Shown: positions 1 to 12,523, numbered from the stretch's first letter. The stretch: DNA of 64,000 bases from Epiperipatus broadwayi (GCA_028023455.1 JAQFVV010000006.1:8556001-8620000); one strand, 5' to 3'. The notes: a model not told the origin generated them from the sequence alone. Numbers and translations: made by a program.

Positions 1-169
1 AGACAATGAAAGTTTTCAGCATATATTTTACTTTGTCTGTCTTGTTTTTTTGGCTGCAGAAATAAATTTGATGTTAACTGAAATGATCTTTGATTCCTCT
101 TGAAGGCCTTAAAAGAACAGAGCAGATCAGATCAAATTCCTAATGTCCACTGCATATGTTGTGGCTGTT

Positions 170-248
170 ATTACTATGTGATTATTCATGTAGTATACGA
201 ACATGAATAATTACTATGTGATTATTCATGTAGTATACGAACATGAAT
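170..248. repeat. 40-bp tandem duplication (2 copies), each unit with a 9-bp hairpin TATTCATGT/ACATGAATA
   Basis: attactatgtgattattcatgtagtatacgaacatgaat(a) repeated at 170 and 210. Confidence 0.9.
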
Positions 249-315
249 GGGCTGCTCATCGACATGCATTAACTGAATTTCAAGAGATTGTAAAAGTCCT
301 AGAAAAAAACTATAT

Positions 316-453
316 ATGAGATAAATGGAATAAAATAAGGAAATGTGCTGGGGTCATGTGGAGAAAAGAGGCTAGAGATCTATCAGAGAACATGGATTGA
401 ATTTGGACAAACCATCCTGTAGTGAGCCAATCATGGTTGAAAATGATGATGAT
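316..453 (+). mobile_element. Old 5'-truncated 3' end of the RTE-clade LINE
   Basis: Aligns by eye to the 3' end of the RTE at 61088-61230 and 54000-54129 (aaataaggaaatgtgctggggtcatgtggagaa...catcctgtagtg...atggttga...tgatgatga). Confidence 0.8.
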
Positions 454-1073
454 AATCTTGTTTTAATAATACTTTTGAAGATACTATGGTCCAAATAAAA
501 TAAACATCTCTTTCGTTATGTTTGGATTTTTGTCCATTTGCATTTGATGAATTACTGTTTTTGAAGTTCAAACATTTACTCATTGGGTATATAAACAGTC
601 GATGATTAATTAGTAAAGTTTTATAAAAGTTACTTAAGCAAGAACTGTAAGAGGGTCACTATTTAATATCAATATATGAAAAGTTTTTAACAAGCACATC
701 ATAATTAATTTTTGTTATTGCTGAAATGAAAAGCTCACATGCTTGAAAATGGTATGGTAAAAAATAAACAAACATTTAAATTCCAGATTATGGTTATCCA
801 ACTTTAAGTGATCCAAAGGCCGTATTAAAAATATATATATATTTGTGGATCATATCCAAGTAATAAATACAGTTCATATATTAAATAACTGGGGAATATT
901 TTACTGTGTAATGTAGTGTTGTTTTATATTGCATTCTTTAAACAATGACTAAACTTGACCGCATCCAAGTCATTAAACGCCACTTTTATTTTATATTTTT
1001 AATAATCAAATAGTCTGATTCCCATTAGTTTGCTATGCTACTTTTCATTTTTAATTTTCTCTTCTCTTATTAG

Positions 1074-1208
1074 GTACAGTTATTTGATATGTTTGTTAAA
1101 TTGCAACAGATTATTAAAAACAACATGGAAATAAATCGCAACACGCGTAGGAGCTCCAGTATTACAACTTCAATAACTGAAGACTATACTGAACTAATTG
1201 TGCACTAA
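1074..1208 (+). CDS. Putative terminal coding exon of an unidentified upstream gene (VQLFDMFVKLQQIIKNNMEINRNTRRSSSITTSITEDYTELIVH*)
   Basis: Strong polypyrimidine tract and acceptor (ttttctcttctcttattag|G at 1074); phase-0 frame open for 44 codons to TAA; locally higher GC/CpG; AATAAA motifs downstream. No homolog recognised. Confidence 0.45.
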   Translation, partial: VQLFDMFVKLQQIIKNNMEINRNTRRSSSITTSITEDYTELIVH

Positions 1209-2240
1209 TCACACATATGGTCACCGTGAACATTTGAAATATGCATGGTGAATCAAAATAGTGCCAGGTTGCTTTGACCCATAGTATATTTGAAAAACAC
1301 ATGGGTTTACAAAGACAAAAAAAACACCAAATAATAATATCAACATCAAGATGGAATTAAAGTATCTAATAAGCATTAGAATCAAATTATTATTTTTTTC
1401 ATTCTAAAAACATCTTAAATCGATCACACAAATCCTCACGGTGGGTTGCATGTGCTCTGCGAGCCATGTTTTAGCTAGGTTTGTTTTAGATACAATATTA
1501 AAAACAAAGCGATATTTAACTTCATACAATATCTATAAGACATTTTATATTTTTACAAACCTTGTCTTTAAAATGCAGTATATAATTTTGTTCCCTTGTA
1601 TATGTATTGTGTCAATGTTGCAGATAAAAAATAGTATTCACAAGCAGTTAAAATTCTTATACAATTTTGTATGCCTATCAGCATTATAACTTTGCACATG
1701 GGTGGACAAATAATGGATAAAAATTTATATTATTTTAAAGATCAAGTTCACAAAAAGAAGGAACACTATATGCTTCCTATTTTATATGTATATATGGTTT
1801 ATTATAATTCTAAAATACGTTTTGCTTTCTTAATGAAAACCAATGAATGATCATTTACTGTACAACAAAAATATTTATAAAAATAAAGGACGATACTTGT
1901 TTATTTTTTTTCTCTATATTATTATTATCTTTTTGCAAATTTATGTCTTTATTTTACATTGATTTATCAAATTTAATACATATATTAGAAAGATAGTGAT
2001 AAAATGTACCCAGAATGAAATCTGGATTTTTTTATAACAATTACCAAAATTCTCCATATAAAGGACTGATTTCTCTGAAAATTGATCACAGAACCAATGA
2101 TATCTCATAAGGAACCCAGTTGGACAAAAAAAACAATAAAAACTAGAATAGGATAATGGACAACAATAAATTACTGCTGTATGTGCACTTACATACAATA
2201 TCATTTATCAATATCACAACAACGATTTAAAATCTGTCTT

Positions 2241-2281
2241 GGCCATGAATATGACGGACAAAACCTCGAAAGTGCTAGGCC
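2241..2281 (+). ncRNA. Minimal type I hammerhead ribozyme motif, A3:U8 core variant (PLE-associated)
   Basis: GGCC-AUGAAUA-U-GA(C)GG-ACAAAA-CCUC-GAAA-GUGC-UA-GGCC: stem I GGCC/GGCC, stem II GA(C)GG/CCUC, GAAA, CUA triplet. Confidence 0.65.
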
Positions 2282-3150
2282 TGCATTAATTTACTTTGTT
2301 TTTGTTACCACTAACAGCTTCTTCAACCAGCATATTAAAGCGCTTGTATATACTAGTAATAAAGAGTAGATTATATGATTAATTTGAATGTATTTTAGAC
2401 TTAACAGATTAATTTGTATACTTATTTCAAATCTTATTTTAACTTCTTATTCTTTGACTTTCGCTGTATTTTTTTTCTTTAATTAGCATGGCTGTATGCA
2501 TTTGCAAATACTGTTAACGAATGAATAAAATATAAGTTGGGACACTACTGGAATAAAATAAAAGAAGTAAAAAAAATAAATTTACCCAGAAGTTGATGAG
2601 ATGAATTTTATATACTGCATTAAAAGAGATCTAGATAAAAGATACTCTTGCTTCCGTATACGATTTAGAGGTTAAACAATGATGATTACATTTTTTTGGC
2701 CTCAGAATAATCATCAAATTCTCTTTTCTTTCACTTTGGTTGGGTATCGATATGAAAATAGAATCTATCATAAAATTGTTAATTGAAAATGCACTGGCCA
2801 ATCTGATGACATGTAGGTCGCACATGACATCTTGTGAGGATTCATATGGGTAAAATATTACCTTTTAGGATTTTTCTCAATTATTGAAAATAATCAAATA
2901 GTTAATTGCTTGGAAAGACATACGACATTCAAGCTGCCATAACGCAGGCTCAATATTCAACTGATTAATCTGAGATTATTATTTTTTAAATTTTATTCAA
3001 CTAAAATCAGATATATTTAGGTCATATGACCTTTATTCTATCATTGCATTAAAACTTGCATGGGAATAAATGAATAAAGACATATCTATATATTGCTTAT
3101 AATACTTCTTTTATATACACTTCAATGCAAACAAATTTTCTTAAAAAATT

Positions 3151-3203
3151 TCTTTATTTTCCTTACAGTTTCGACTGTCCAGCAGTCTTCATCAGAATAA
3201 AGA
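3151..3203 (-). ncRNA. Minimal type I hammerhead ribozyme motif, canonical core
   Basis: Minus strand: UCUUUAUU-CUGAUGA-A-GACUG-CUGGA-CAGUC-GAAAC-U-GUA-AGGAA-AAUAAAGA; flanks UCUUUAUU/AAUAAAGA complementary. Confidence 0.65.
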
Positions 3204-3232
3204 CATCTTTCAACTAAATCAATTTTAGTATA

Positions 3233-4435
3233 CACCTGGGTCTCGTTTTACACGATAGATAGGTTCCTCAGAAAACACGCGCAAACGAAATCTCGCAAAA
3301 ATAGACGTAACTTACATTGAAAAAGGGGGGATGCGGTCTGTGATTTTTCAAAATTCGCGTAAAAGCAAAGCACCAACGTAAAATTACTTTAAAATTCGCG
3401 CAAAAAAAAAATAAGGAAATAAAATATGACTAATAAAAAAATTTCAAATTTGAAAAAAAATGATACAAAACAAACTTTTTTTAACTATAATATTTAATTT
3501 TATTCAAAATAATATATTTTTATGCATAATTTACAGTACAGTAATTTAAATTTTTTTATAAACGTTTTAATTATTATCGCTATTTGCCCAAAAAGACGTT
3601 TGTTTGTGAACTAGTAAAAAATCAGATTCTCATGTGATGTGATGTGATGTACTTGGCTTCTCCTTAAACGAAGTCAAGAATATCTCAGCAATTATTCTCA
3701 CAAGAGGAAATACAACTAGCGCCAAGTTCACTCTCATGTTGTGTTAATGGTTTTCTGTTGACGACGACGATGATTTTATTAATTGTTTATGAACTTAGAC
3801 TTATGATAATAAAAAGACATTTATTCACCACTGCTGGGAAAAATTTAATTAAAACTAACAACTAAAAATTAAATTCTTATTTTTGTCTTTAATTTTCAAT
3901 TCCGTTTAAAAATCAAATTTCGTTTTACATCACATTAATTTCAAGTCGCCCGTAAGGAATTTTTAAATTGTTAATTACAATTAAAAATCAGATTTTAATT
4001 TTTAATTGTGCCCACTGCTATTACTGACCTTTTAAAAATAAACCTGTGGACACTAAATGATTAATAATTGATTACGTTCTTTTTTAAAAAGCAAAAACAG
4101 AATGTGATTTAAAATGTAAAATTAACACGCACAATGTTTGAACAAATTTACATTATAATCTTGTAAAATTTAATGTGTGTATACATAAAATGTGGAAATC
4201 ATGATTTTAATTTCATTATTGCATAAAATCTTACTATTATACAGCACTGAAAATATTGAAATTACTAAGATGAAAGTCGAATTCCAATAATGTGCTATTA
4301 CTTTCAATATAACGTAAGTGCGCAAAATTTATAATTTAAAGTAATAGCGCATTATCGGAGTTTGACTTCCGGTGAAACGCGAAGCGTAACTTCAAAATCG
4401 TGTTAAATAAGTCCGCGTAAAAAGAGACCCAGCTG
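3233..4435. mobile_element. Non-autonomous Tc1/mariner (pogo/Tigger-like) DNA transposon, ~1.2 kb
   Basis: TIRs CACCTGGGTCTCGTTTTACACG (left) vs CAGCTGGGTCTCTTTTTACGCG (right, reverse complement); TA duplication on both sides (3231-3232, 4436-4437). Confidence 0.8.
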
Positions 4436-6099
4436 TATATGGTTATCTATAATTTGGAAATTAGTTTCAGGGAAGTCAAGAATATAAAAATAAGTACTGT
4501 GGTGGCTATCAGGAGAAATCTCTTTATTGGCATACAAATCATAATAATCTTCTATGGAATGTTCTTAATGATATAATATAAGGATAGAAGAGCAAGAAAA
4601 TACTTACTGAACTCAAGAAGGGAGCAGCAGGGAACAATATGCCCCAGTCAGAAGACTGAATTATTCATGACGGTGACAAAATTAAATAGATCACCATAAA
4701 TGATACTTGAAAATTTTAAAACCCAAATTTTTACCATCAAATTCCAGTTCTCTCGGTATTCTATTTGAAAGAGCATTTCACTAGTAGAAAAATCAACAAA
4801 GATTAAAATGTTTACTTAGTTGATTGGAATAAACACTTTAAAAGGGTTTTAAAAAATGCAGTTCTTCATATAATAATTTCCATGATTGAAACAAAAAATC
4901 ATATATTTGATGAGCGACACAAACAAGAATTGAGTTTTTTTATTATTTCAGTTATTTTTATTTTTTTTTTATTTATTAGAAAATGAATCTACAGTGTCAG
5001 CATTTACTGATTTAACCATCTTTTTCAAATAAATTTAACAGAAACTTTGGATTAAGTAAAACAAAATTGAATAGTTAGTCATTCGGCAGGTCATGTGATG
5101 TTTGAGCATCAAGTGACAGGTTGAGTGGCAATCCAAAAATCTTTTAATTCTTGAATCTGTCTCTCTATCACTGAACTAAATCACACAAGTTTCTTAGATC
5201 AAGTTAAATAAATAATCAAACGATTTATTGCTAGGGGTGTCATATGATGTTCAAACACAGGAAGTGTCAGAGCTGAGCTGCAATACATGGCATTTATTTG
5301 AGCTATAGAGTCTGCCATTTTATAACTGCATCAAATAACACTGAGCAAAATAATAACATGATTTGTTGCCAGTTTATAATAAATTTGGACATTAGAAGTG
5401 TCAAAGCTGGGTCATGAACCATGGATGTTGATTTCGTGAATCTGACATTTTATCAGAGACCATTTAAGTGTTAATTACCAGAAATATATTATTGTTAAAA
5501 CAAACAAAAAAAAAACACTGTTTATTGATAATTTGTCAAAAAAAAAAATAGGTTTATGCACCAAACTTTCTATAACTAGACTGCCTTTGCATTGCATTTC
5601 AAACAATACATAGAAAGCAATAATTTTGATTAGTCATTTATTAGGCTAGAGATTATTCAATAATGAATCCTATTTCTGTAATGTAATTTTCATTACACCA
5701 TTTTCATGCAAGGTAGAAACTGGTTTCTATCCACTTTTAACTCCTTGTGGAAGAAAGTAACCAAAAACATATGACCAAAGACATGTGAAAAAGGTGTACG
5801 ATCCCCAAGATGCACATTTCATACTGAACCAGCATTCATTAGTTGGCCCAGACCACAATCTCTCGCACATATCATTGTTCAATACAAATTATTACAGTTT
5901 AATTGATGTATCAAACTTACTGCCCTCACAACTTTGATACAAACCACTTAATAGAAGTATATTAATAATTTTGATTAATAATTCATTAAAATAGAGATTA
6001 TCGAATAATGAATATTTCTGTAGTGTACTCTCACACAAGGTAGGAACTGGTTTCTCTCACCTTTTATATCATCAGAATATCCAAATTTTTCATCAGACC

Positions 6100-6900
6100 A
6101 TATTATTTTTTGTTCCAACAAATGACAATAAAATTAGATTCTTGCTGTTTTAATTTTCATATTGAAGAGAAAAAGGGGCAAAACTAGAGCAATGCTTTAC
6201 ACTAGCTAAAGCATTTAACTGCTGTAGACCAGTACTATTGCACATATTGACAAGAAAACAAAAATAATTTTGCTTTAAAATCAATAATCAGGCCCTTAAC
6301 CCAGACAAGCAAAGACTTCTATTCCCTTATCTGCCTAATGTGCATAAAAGTTTTTACAATATATTGCATTTATGTTTCCACACACCTCCCAACTCCAACA
6401 AACTAATCAATAACATTAAAGACAGCCTACCACCCTTGCTGACACTTCAGGTGGTCTATAATATTGCCTGCCCTGAAAAATAATTATGATGAGACCAAGG
6501 CCTCTCTGTTCACTATGCTATCCTAACACTCATATAATAAGGCACTGGTGGACACTTCTTATAGTTCAGTTTTTGCACAGCACCGCACGTCAGCCGCTCA
6601 CAATTGCCAATCTAGAGATCCAGTGGTGGTTTGCAGAGAGTGACACAATCTCAAAAGAAAGATAAAAAAGGCTTACTTTATTACAAGAGATAGCAACGCC
6701 ATAAATAGAAAAGACTTGCTACAAACTATCCCACAAGTGGAATACGTAACTATCACCTTTGCATAAATTTACATCGCTCCTAATCAATTTCTTATCTATT
6801 TACAAAATGGCTATGAATATGAGGGCTCTGACCCTTGAAAGTGCTTAGTCACTTAATTAAATATATATATTAAAATAAAATAAATATATATATAAACATT
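6100..6900 (+). mobile_element. Decayed Penelope-like element 3' half: RT C-terminus/linker, GIY-YIG endonuclease and pLTR with hammerhead
   Basis: Broken frames read PYLPNVHK...KDSLPPLLTLQVVYNIAC / Y-ETKASL...H...SVFAQH...H...E.HNLKRKIKKAYFI...NAINRKD, matching the PLE pattern PY...KD.P...VVY.I.C...YIGET.R.L..R..EH...H...KR...EA.FI...IN. Confidence 0.8.
6806..6854 (+). ncRNA. Minimal type I hammerhead ribozyme motif, A3:U8 core variant
   Basis: AAUGGCU-AUGAAUA-U-GAGGG-CUCUGA-CCCUU-GAAA-GUGC-UU-AGUCACUU; stem I 7/8 paired; lies just downstream of the PLE endonuclease remnant. Confidence 0.7.
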
Positions 6901-8005
6901 TCTTTATTTGTCTTCAGCTTTGTGTGCTTGTTAGTGCATTTTATATTTTGCACTTTAGAACAATTATCCACGAAGTTTAAACTGTTTGCTCATTTGAAAA
7001 TTAAATGTAAATTCTGACAGAAGAGCAAACGAATAGTTATTAGTCAGAAACAAAATATCAACCCTCACGTACATAAGTATTTTTAACATCTGCAACTTTT
7101 TTAGTACTGGTTAAGTAGAATATGTAGATTGTATATTAATAACTCTTATTAGTCATTTATTATACTAGAAAACAATGAGTTTTACTAAAGGCTTCGGAAA
7201 ATCTAAACTCTTAATTAGTATGAAGACCCTCATGTAAGCTTGAGCTAACTATCTTTTAATAATATATTAATAATCTAAATAAATACAAAATGCAAATACA
7301 TAAGCAAATGTCAGACTGATCAGAAAATGACTGTGCTAAATTCCATAAATTGGTGGATTGCCTTTGGGCCCCACATTATCCTGATTAGCCACATATTTCC
7401 AATACTAAGGAAGGAAGAGAGAATTCTACAACTTTTATATATCCTTTTTTAATTCCATTTATTACTGCTATTTTTTGTTATGTTGGAGATTATCTTTAAT
7501 TAAGATCTCAGCTCACTATCTTCAAGTTACAATAGGATTTGAATTCCTCTCTAATTACAGAGATAGGTACTAACTTTTCTTTACTCTTAGCAAATTGTAT
7601 CCTGTTAACTGAATAATATATATTTTAATAATTTTTATTAGTCATTCATTAAACTAGAGTTTATCCACTTACACTACAGAAATATTTAATATTTGATATT
7701 ATTTATTAAGTACAGCTATCATATGTAAATAGGGAGAAAGGATTTCCATCAACTATATGCACTGTACTGATCTGATAATCAGCAATAGTGTTATGTTGAG
7801 AACTAAGGATACTCTCAAACCCAAACACAAGATAGACAATTTTTAAAGGATAACAGCTGCTAACTTATCCTTAAACCTACACTCTAATTATATAGGCCAA
7901 GCTAAAGTTATTATAAAATCAGTACAGTGCATATATTAAAGATGGAAATCCTTTCTCCTTAACTACAGAAATATTATATATATTTTGAATTACCTATTTT
8001 TTTTA

Positions 8006-8062
8006 GGAGTGAATGACTGAAGGGAGCATAAAAGTCTGGGTTCAAATCCCCTCTAATTACAT
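8006..8062 (+). mobile_element. tRNA-related repeat fragment with B-box (GGGTTCAAATCCC); same family as the arms at 54152-54360
   Basis: gaatgactgaagggagcataaaagtctgggttcaaatcccctctaattaca resembles the reverse complement of 54152-54200. Confidence 0.45.
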
Positions 8063-8298
8063 TCCAATATTACTAACTACTCTTTTAACTTATCCATTCT
8101 ATTTATTAACAAATCTATATCTTAAAAGCTTCCAATTTTTTCTCTTCACTTTTCTGAATTATTTGAAATTTTGTTTTAAATATAAAGCGACATTTCACTC
8201 ACTGCAGAGCATATATCTGATCGGATTTCTCCACGGAGGAATAAAAAAGTGAAGACAATCGAATGGCTTTATTGCTTGGGAATTTCATAAAAAGTTTG

Positions 8299-8361
8299 AG
8301 TGCCGGAACTGGAATTGAACCACAAATCAAATACTCTTGAATCTGATACTCTATTCCAGCA
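8299..8361 (-). mobile_element. Degenerate tRNA-derived SINE head
   Basis: Minus strand ...GTGGTTCAATTCCAGTTCCGGCAC resembles a T-arm/B-box and acceptor 3' strand; no complete cloverleaf. Confidence 0.3.
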
Positions 8362-9464
8362 GAAAACCATGTAGAGTAGAAGACAATAATAACCAGACAA
8401 TCAGCTATTGAATGATGAGACTCCTTGCATTTTTCTCTTCTTGTTTCCTTCTCTAGCTAATAATAATTAGATACCTTTTTACCAATGATAATTGGATGGC
8501 TACCTGTGTTGTCTATGGATAGGCTACATTTACTTGAAAATTTTTAGTTTCAAAAATTGTCAAAGGGTCGACTACTGCATTTTTCAATCCTAAAGTGGAA
8601 CCAGCAGCAGAAGAAATATTGAATAAACCCAAGATTTTGTCCCCAATGGTTGTTCCGTAACCTGCTCATCTAATATTATGTATATCTACCTATTCTTAGT
8701 TTGAACTATAACCGTTTTTAATTCCAAATGACTAGATACTGACTCTCCGTTAAAATAAAAAACACATAATTAAGGAATAGCCAGCCCAATATAGGTAAGA
8801 CACTTTTGCAACTTTCTGATACAAATGAAACTTCCCTGTCAAAGAGGTAGATAAATCAAACTACAGGAATTCGTGTGAGGTTAGGGAATTGGAAGGCATA
8901 TAGCTGAATCACAGTCTACGGGCCTTGAGCTTTAAGTATGCTGATCTAAATCTGGCGTTAAGCCAATCTGGTATATAAAAAATAACGGAATTAATTTACG
9001 ACGGTGAAATTAATATTACAGATACTTTCCTTGATTGAATGTGTCAACTGTTATTTCTTAATTATTTAATAAAGTTTATTACTTTGTATAATTGACAATG
9101 AAAATCATACTTTTATTTACTCTAATTATCACATTTACTTTGCTGAAAACTTTCAGAATTTTTGAACGAATTAGTGGATTTACAAAAAGAGATAACTTCA
9201 GCTTCTTATTACAATTTTTATATATGAACTGAAAATTATTAAACAATATACAGGCAATGCCATGGAAAACCCTATTTGGCATCTTATGCAACATAATTAT
9301 GACTTCTGCAACATAATTATGACTTCATTTACTGAAGGTTGGTGGGAGGGTTAAGAGAAATACAAGAAAAGTTATCTATTTTATTAAAACTTGTAAATAC
9401 TGCTTCATAGAATTGGTATGCATTTTCAAAATTTCCATTAATATATATAAATTTTAAAAAGTAC

Positions 9465-12405
9465 TTACAGTTTACACTTGCAAACGGCCCTTATTGATGC
9501 AAAGTCTTGTCTGAGATTATCATAATCCAGTGATTCAGCTGTTTTATGTTCAACTGATATTAAGCCCAAATTAGTTCATCTTTCTTGACTCATAGATGAT
9601 CTCAGATAATTTTTAATTAATTTTAATTTGCCTAAACTGCATTCACATGAGGCTATCATTACAGTTAAAATTAAAAATATATGCAACACAATCTCAATAC
9701 TAGAATCTACATTTTTAATTTAATAATTATGAATCATTTGTAATAATTTGAATTGCAGTAGCTAATTTATCAAATAAAGTTTTTGCTTGCCATTTAAAAC
9801 TTTCCGTTTCCACCAAAATTTGAACGCATCAAAATCCTGAAAATATTTTAAGGCTAGATATGTTGACCTTTTTTAAAAATCATCATTTGACATATTTGCT
9901 ATATATTTTCCATTTGAAAAGTCAAAATCTGAACAAATGTCACACAAAGATTCATATCTCCTTTGAAATTGATTTCAAGTATTATTTAATATAATATTAC
10001 TCTCTTATTATAAATGTTTCATCAGACAACAATATACGATTTTCATCTTCAGTCTCTTCAGAATCTATTTTTTTTCTTTTCCTTTTCTTTTTACAGAAAA
10101 CTTTGTGTCATTCTCATTAGTTTTATATATTTTTTTTATCTTATCAAACGTGCCTGGAACTCTGTAATTTCTCAAAACATGGATGGATAATATTAACCTT
10201 TTATCATTTTGATATCTAGTCAAAAGACACGTTTTGAAATAAAATATTCACTTGATTAATGCAAAAAAGAATATTGAACAAAACAACTAATAAGTTCAGT
10301 TGAGCTTTGCCTTAGTATTCAATATTCAAGAATCTAAAGGTGTGAATTCGACTCCTGCATTAGTATTGTCACTGAGCAGTCCAGCGACATCTGAAGAAGA
10401 GCGGAGAATAATATCACTTGATATGTTGTGTATTTACTAACCTGTGTTGTCTATTTGTGTGTTATTTCTAACAGTTGTATTTGCAAAGTTTAAATAAAGC
10501 TTAAACATTTAATGGTAGATGATGAAAATAGTCCAACATATTATCACATTGTAACCAATGTGTTTTATTAGGTTCATTGCACTAGAAATTGGAGATAAAT
10601 TTTTTTAATATTTTATATACCTTTTCAATTTGTTAATTTAGACTTTTTATAGCTCCATTTTTGGACAAACATCTTGTTGCACAAAATTCCTTTAAAATAA
10701 TTTTTAAAACTTGTATTAACTTATTCTATCTAAATATGGAGCCTGAAAAAGTTAAAATATTTTCAACTTTAGGAAAAAACTGTTACCGTACTTGGCGAGA
10801 CTTCAAATATATAAGCTTCTATAAGATTCACTATATGAGTTGCACATGAAATACACCTAAAAATTTGATCCACCCCATTTATATGCCTGAGTTTAATATT
10901 AATTATCTATCATATTGACATCATACCTTTGGCCTCTGCAATTCTCAATACCCAACCCATCTACAGCAGTTTTGCCTTAAAATCTCCCTTGGTAGTCTAT
11001 TACCAGTTTTTTCTTTAGTGTTAATAAAATTAATGAATCTTTCTTCTATTGTACATTTACAATTTTTAATTCTTACATATCTATTTATTTGCGACATTTT
11101 TCTTACCAATCAAAATAAAATTGAGAAATACTTTGCATCTTTTATTTACCCAATAATTTCATTTCATAATTATCTTTTAAAGTTATCATTTCATTTTGAA
11201 TTTGCCACAATAAATATATTACTGACTATTTCTTGAATATTTTTTCAATATGCTGGGCAATAATGATTATGATGGTGGGCATATTCAATCAAATTTTTAA
11301 AAATCCACATTTCGGGACACCTATTATATTACATAAGCCCCTAAAAGCAATATTACTTTTAGCACAAAATAATATGAGCCAACAACTATCTTTAAGATCT
11401 GATATCATTTTTCAGTTCTGAATGAATACCTTTTCAAAGTGATCATTAATTGTTTTCTTATGAGAAGTCTTGTTTCAAAATCTTTTCAGTCTATATATAG
11501 CACTTTCTAATGTCCCATACTCAGGTAATCTTGGGCTTAAAGATCTTCAATTGTTAATCCTTTTAACATATTTAAAAAACTGGATTTTTTTCTTTTGAAA
11601 AATTAAACAAAGAAAGAAAAATAAACAATTTTTGGATCTACTATCTAAAAGATATCACTTGATCACCACTTTTTATGCTTGCTTATAACTGTTATTAAAA
11701 CAGGCAAACTCACTATACGTATTGCCACACACAACACGCTAGAATAATCAATGGATGCCAGAAGGCTTGTGGATGAGTAGGCACTAAATGGGGATTTTAT
11801 GCACAAGCCTTCTGGCATCAATTCTAGCTTGCTGTGTGTGGCAATATGTATAGTGAGTTTTGCCTGTTTTAATAAAAGATATCACCTATGAACTTTCTCA
11901 TTGTTTAGTAAGACTTTAAAAAAAATGAACAAATATTAGATGCACTACAGAAAAACTATGGCCTACTTAATTTTTCATTGTTTGGTAAGATTTTAAAGCA
12001 TTATTTGCTATTAAAACATCTTTCATCTTCTGAAATAAGAAATGTTAAAGCTTGTTCTGGTCTGGATCTGCATATTATAATGTAGTGACAAATGAACTTA
12101 TTGGTAATAGATAGCCATCTAGCAGAATCATCGCGAAGCATGTAGTCACTTTCTTGAAATATGCAATCTTTATATACTACAATGCTTTCTTGAGTTTCAT
12201 TGCTATTGTTGTTTTTTTCTTGTGTAAGAACATTTTCTTCGCTAATAAAATTTTCAATTTTATCAGTCAATGTGAAAGGAGCTTTTGCTTCGTTCATATT
12301 TACAGAAGAGAACCATTTTTGCAGCTGGTCTAACAAATTTACATTTCTCTCTGAGAGTAATTTTTTTATTTCAAATATTGCTGACGAGATTTTTTTCTTT
12401 TTCAT
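9465..12405 (-). pseudogene. Decayed hAT transposase (ZMYM1-like / DUF4371 type), interrupted by later insertions
   Basis: Broken minus-strand frames give, in order: DDSARW, KILPNNEKLSRP, AFRG, WQIQNEMI, AKYFSIL, QINRYV, ERFINFI...KTG, GIENCRGQRYD, ATR, and dimerisation domain ASCECSLGKLKLIKNYLRSSMSQER*TNLGLISVEH...DFA. ORF 12001-12405 is its N-terminal part. Confidence 0.88.
11659..11872. mobile_element. Fold-back PLE-type insertion (inverted pLTR fragments) inside the hAT transposase
   Basis: Arms ~11692-11771 and ~11802-11875 inverted; 13-bp TSD TAAAAGATATCAC at 11646-11658 and 11873-11885; same sequence as the HHR-bearing element at 48499-48704. Confidence 0.8.
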
Positions 12406-12480
12406 TTTTTATGTAATATTAAAATAATTATTTATAATTGTTTAATGGAGAAGAAGATATAAATTAATATTAAAGTTTAT

Positions 12481-12523
12481 AGGCTTAACATTTTCGAGGA
12501 TCCAGGCCTCATATTCATAGCCC
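12481..12523 (-). ncRNA. Hammerhead motif, A3:U8 variant (left palindrome arm)
   Basis: GGGCU-AUGAAUA-U-GAGG-CCUGGAU-CCUC-GAAA-AUG-UUA-AGCCU. Confidence 0.65.

Noticed and set aside
10140-10200. Plus-strand KRAWNSVI resembling a PLE C-terminus
   Set aside because: Falls within the minus-strand hAT transposase; coincidental
10380-10430. CTGAAGAAGAGC hammerhead-like core with CGACAT/ATGTTG flanks
   Set aside because: No GAAA or clear stem II; too degenerate to call
12001-12405. 134-aa ORF as a host gene or Penelope N-terminus
   Set aside because: Continues into KILPNNEKLSRP and further hAT motifs, so it is the hAT transposase N-terminus
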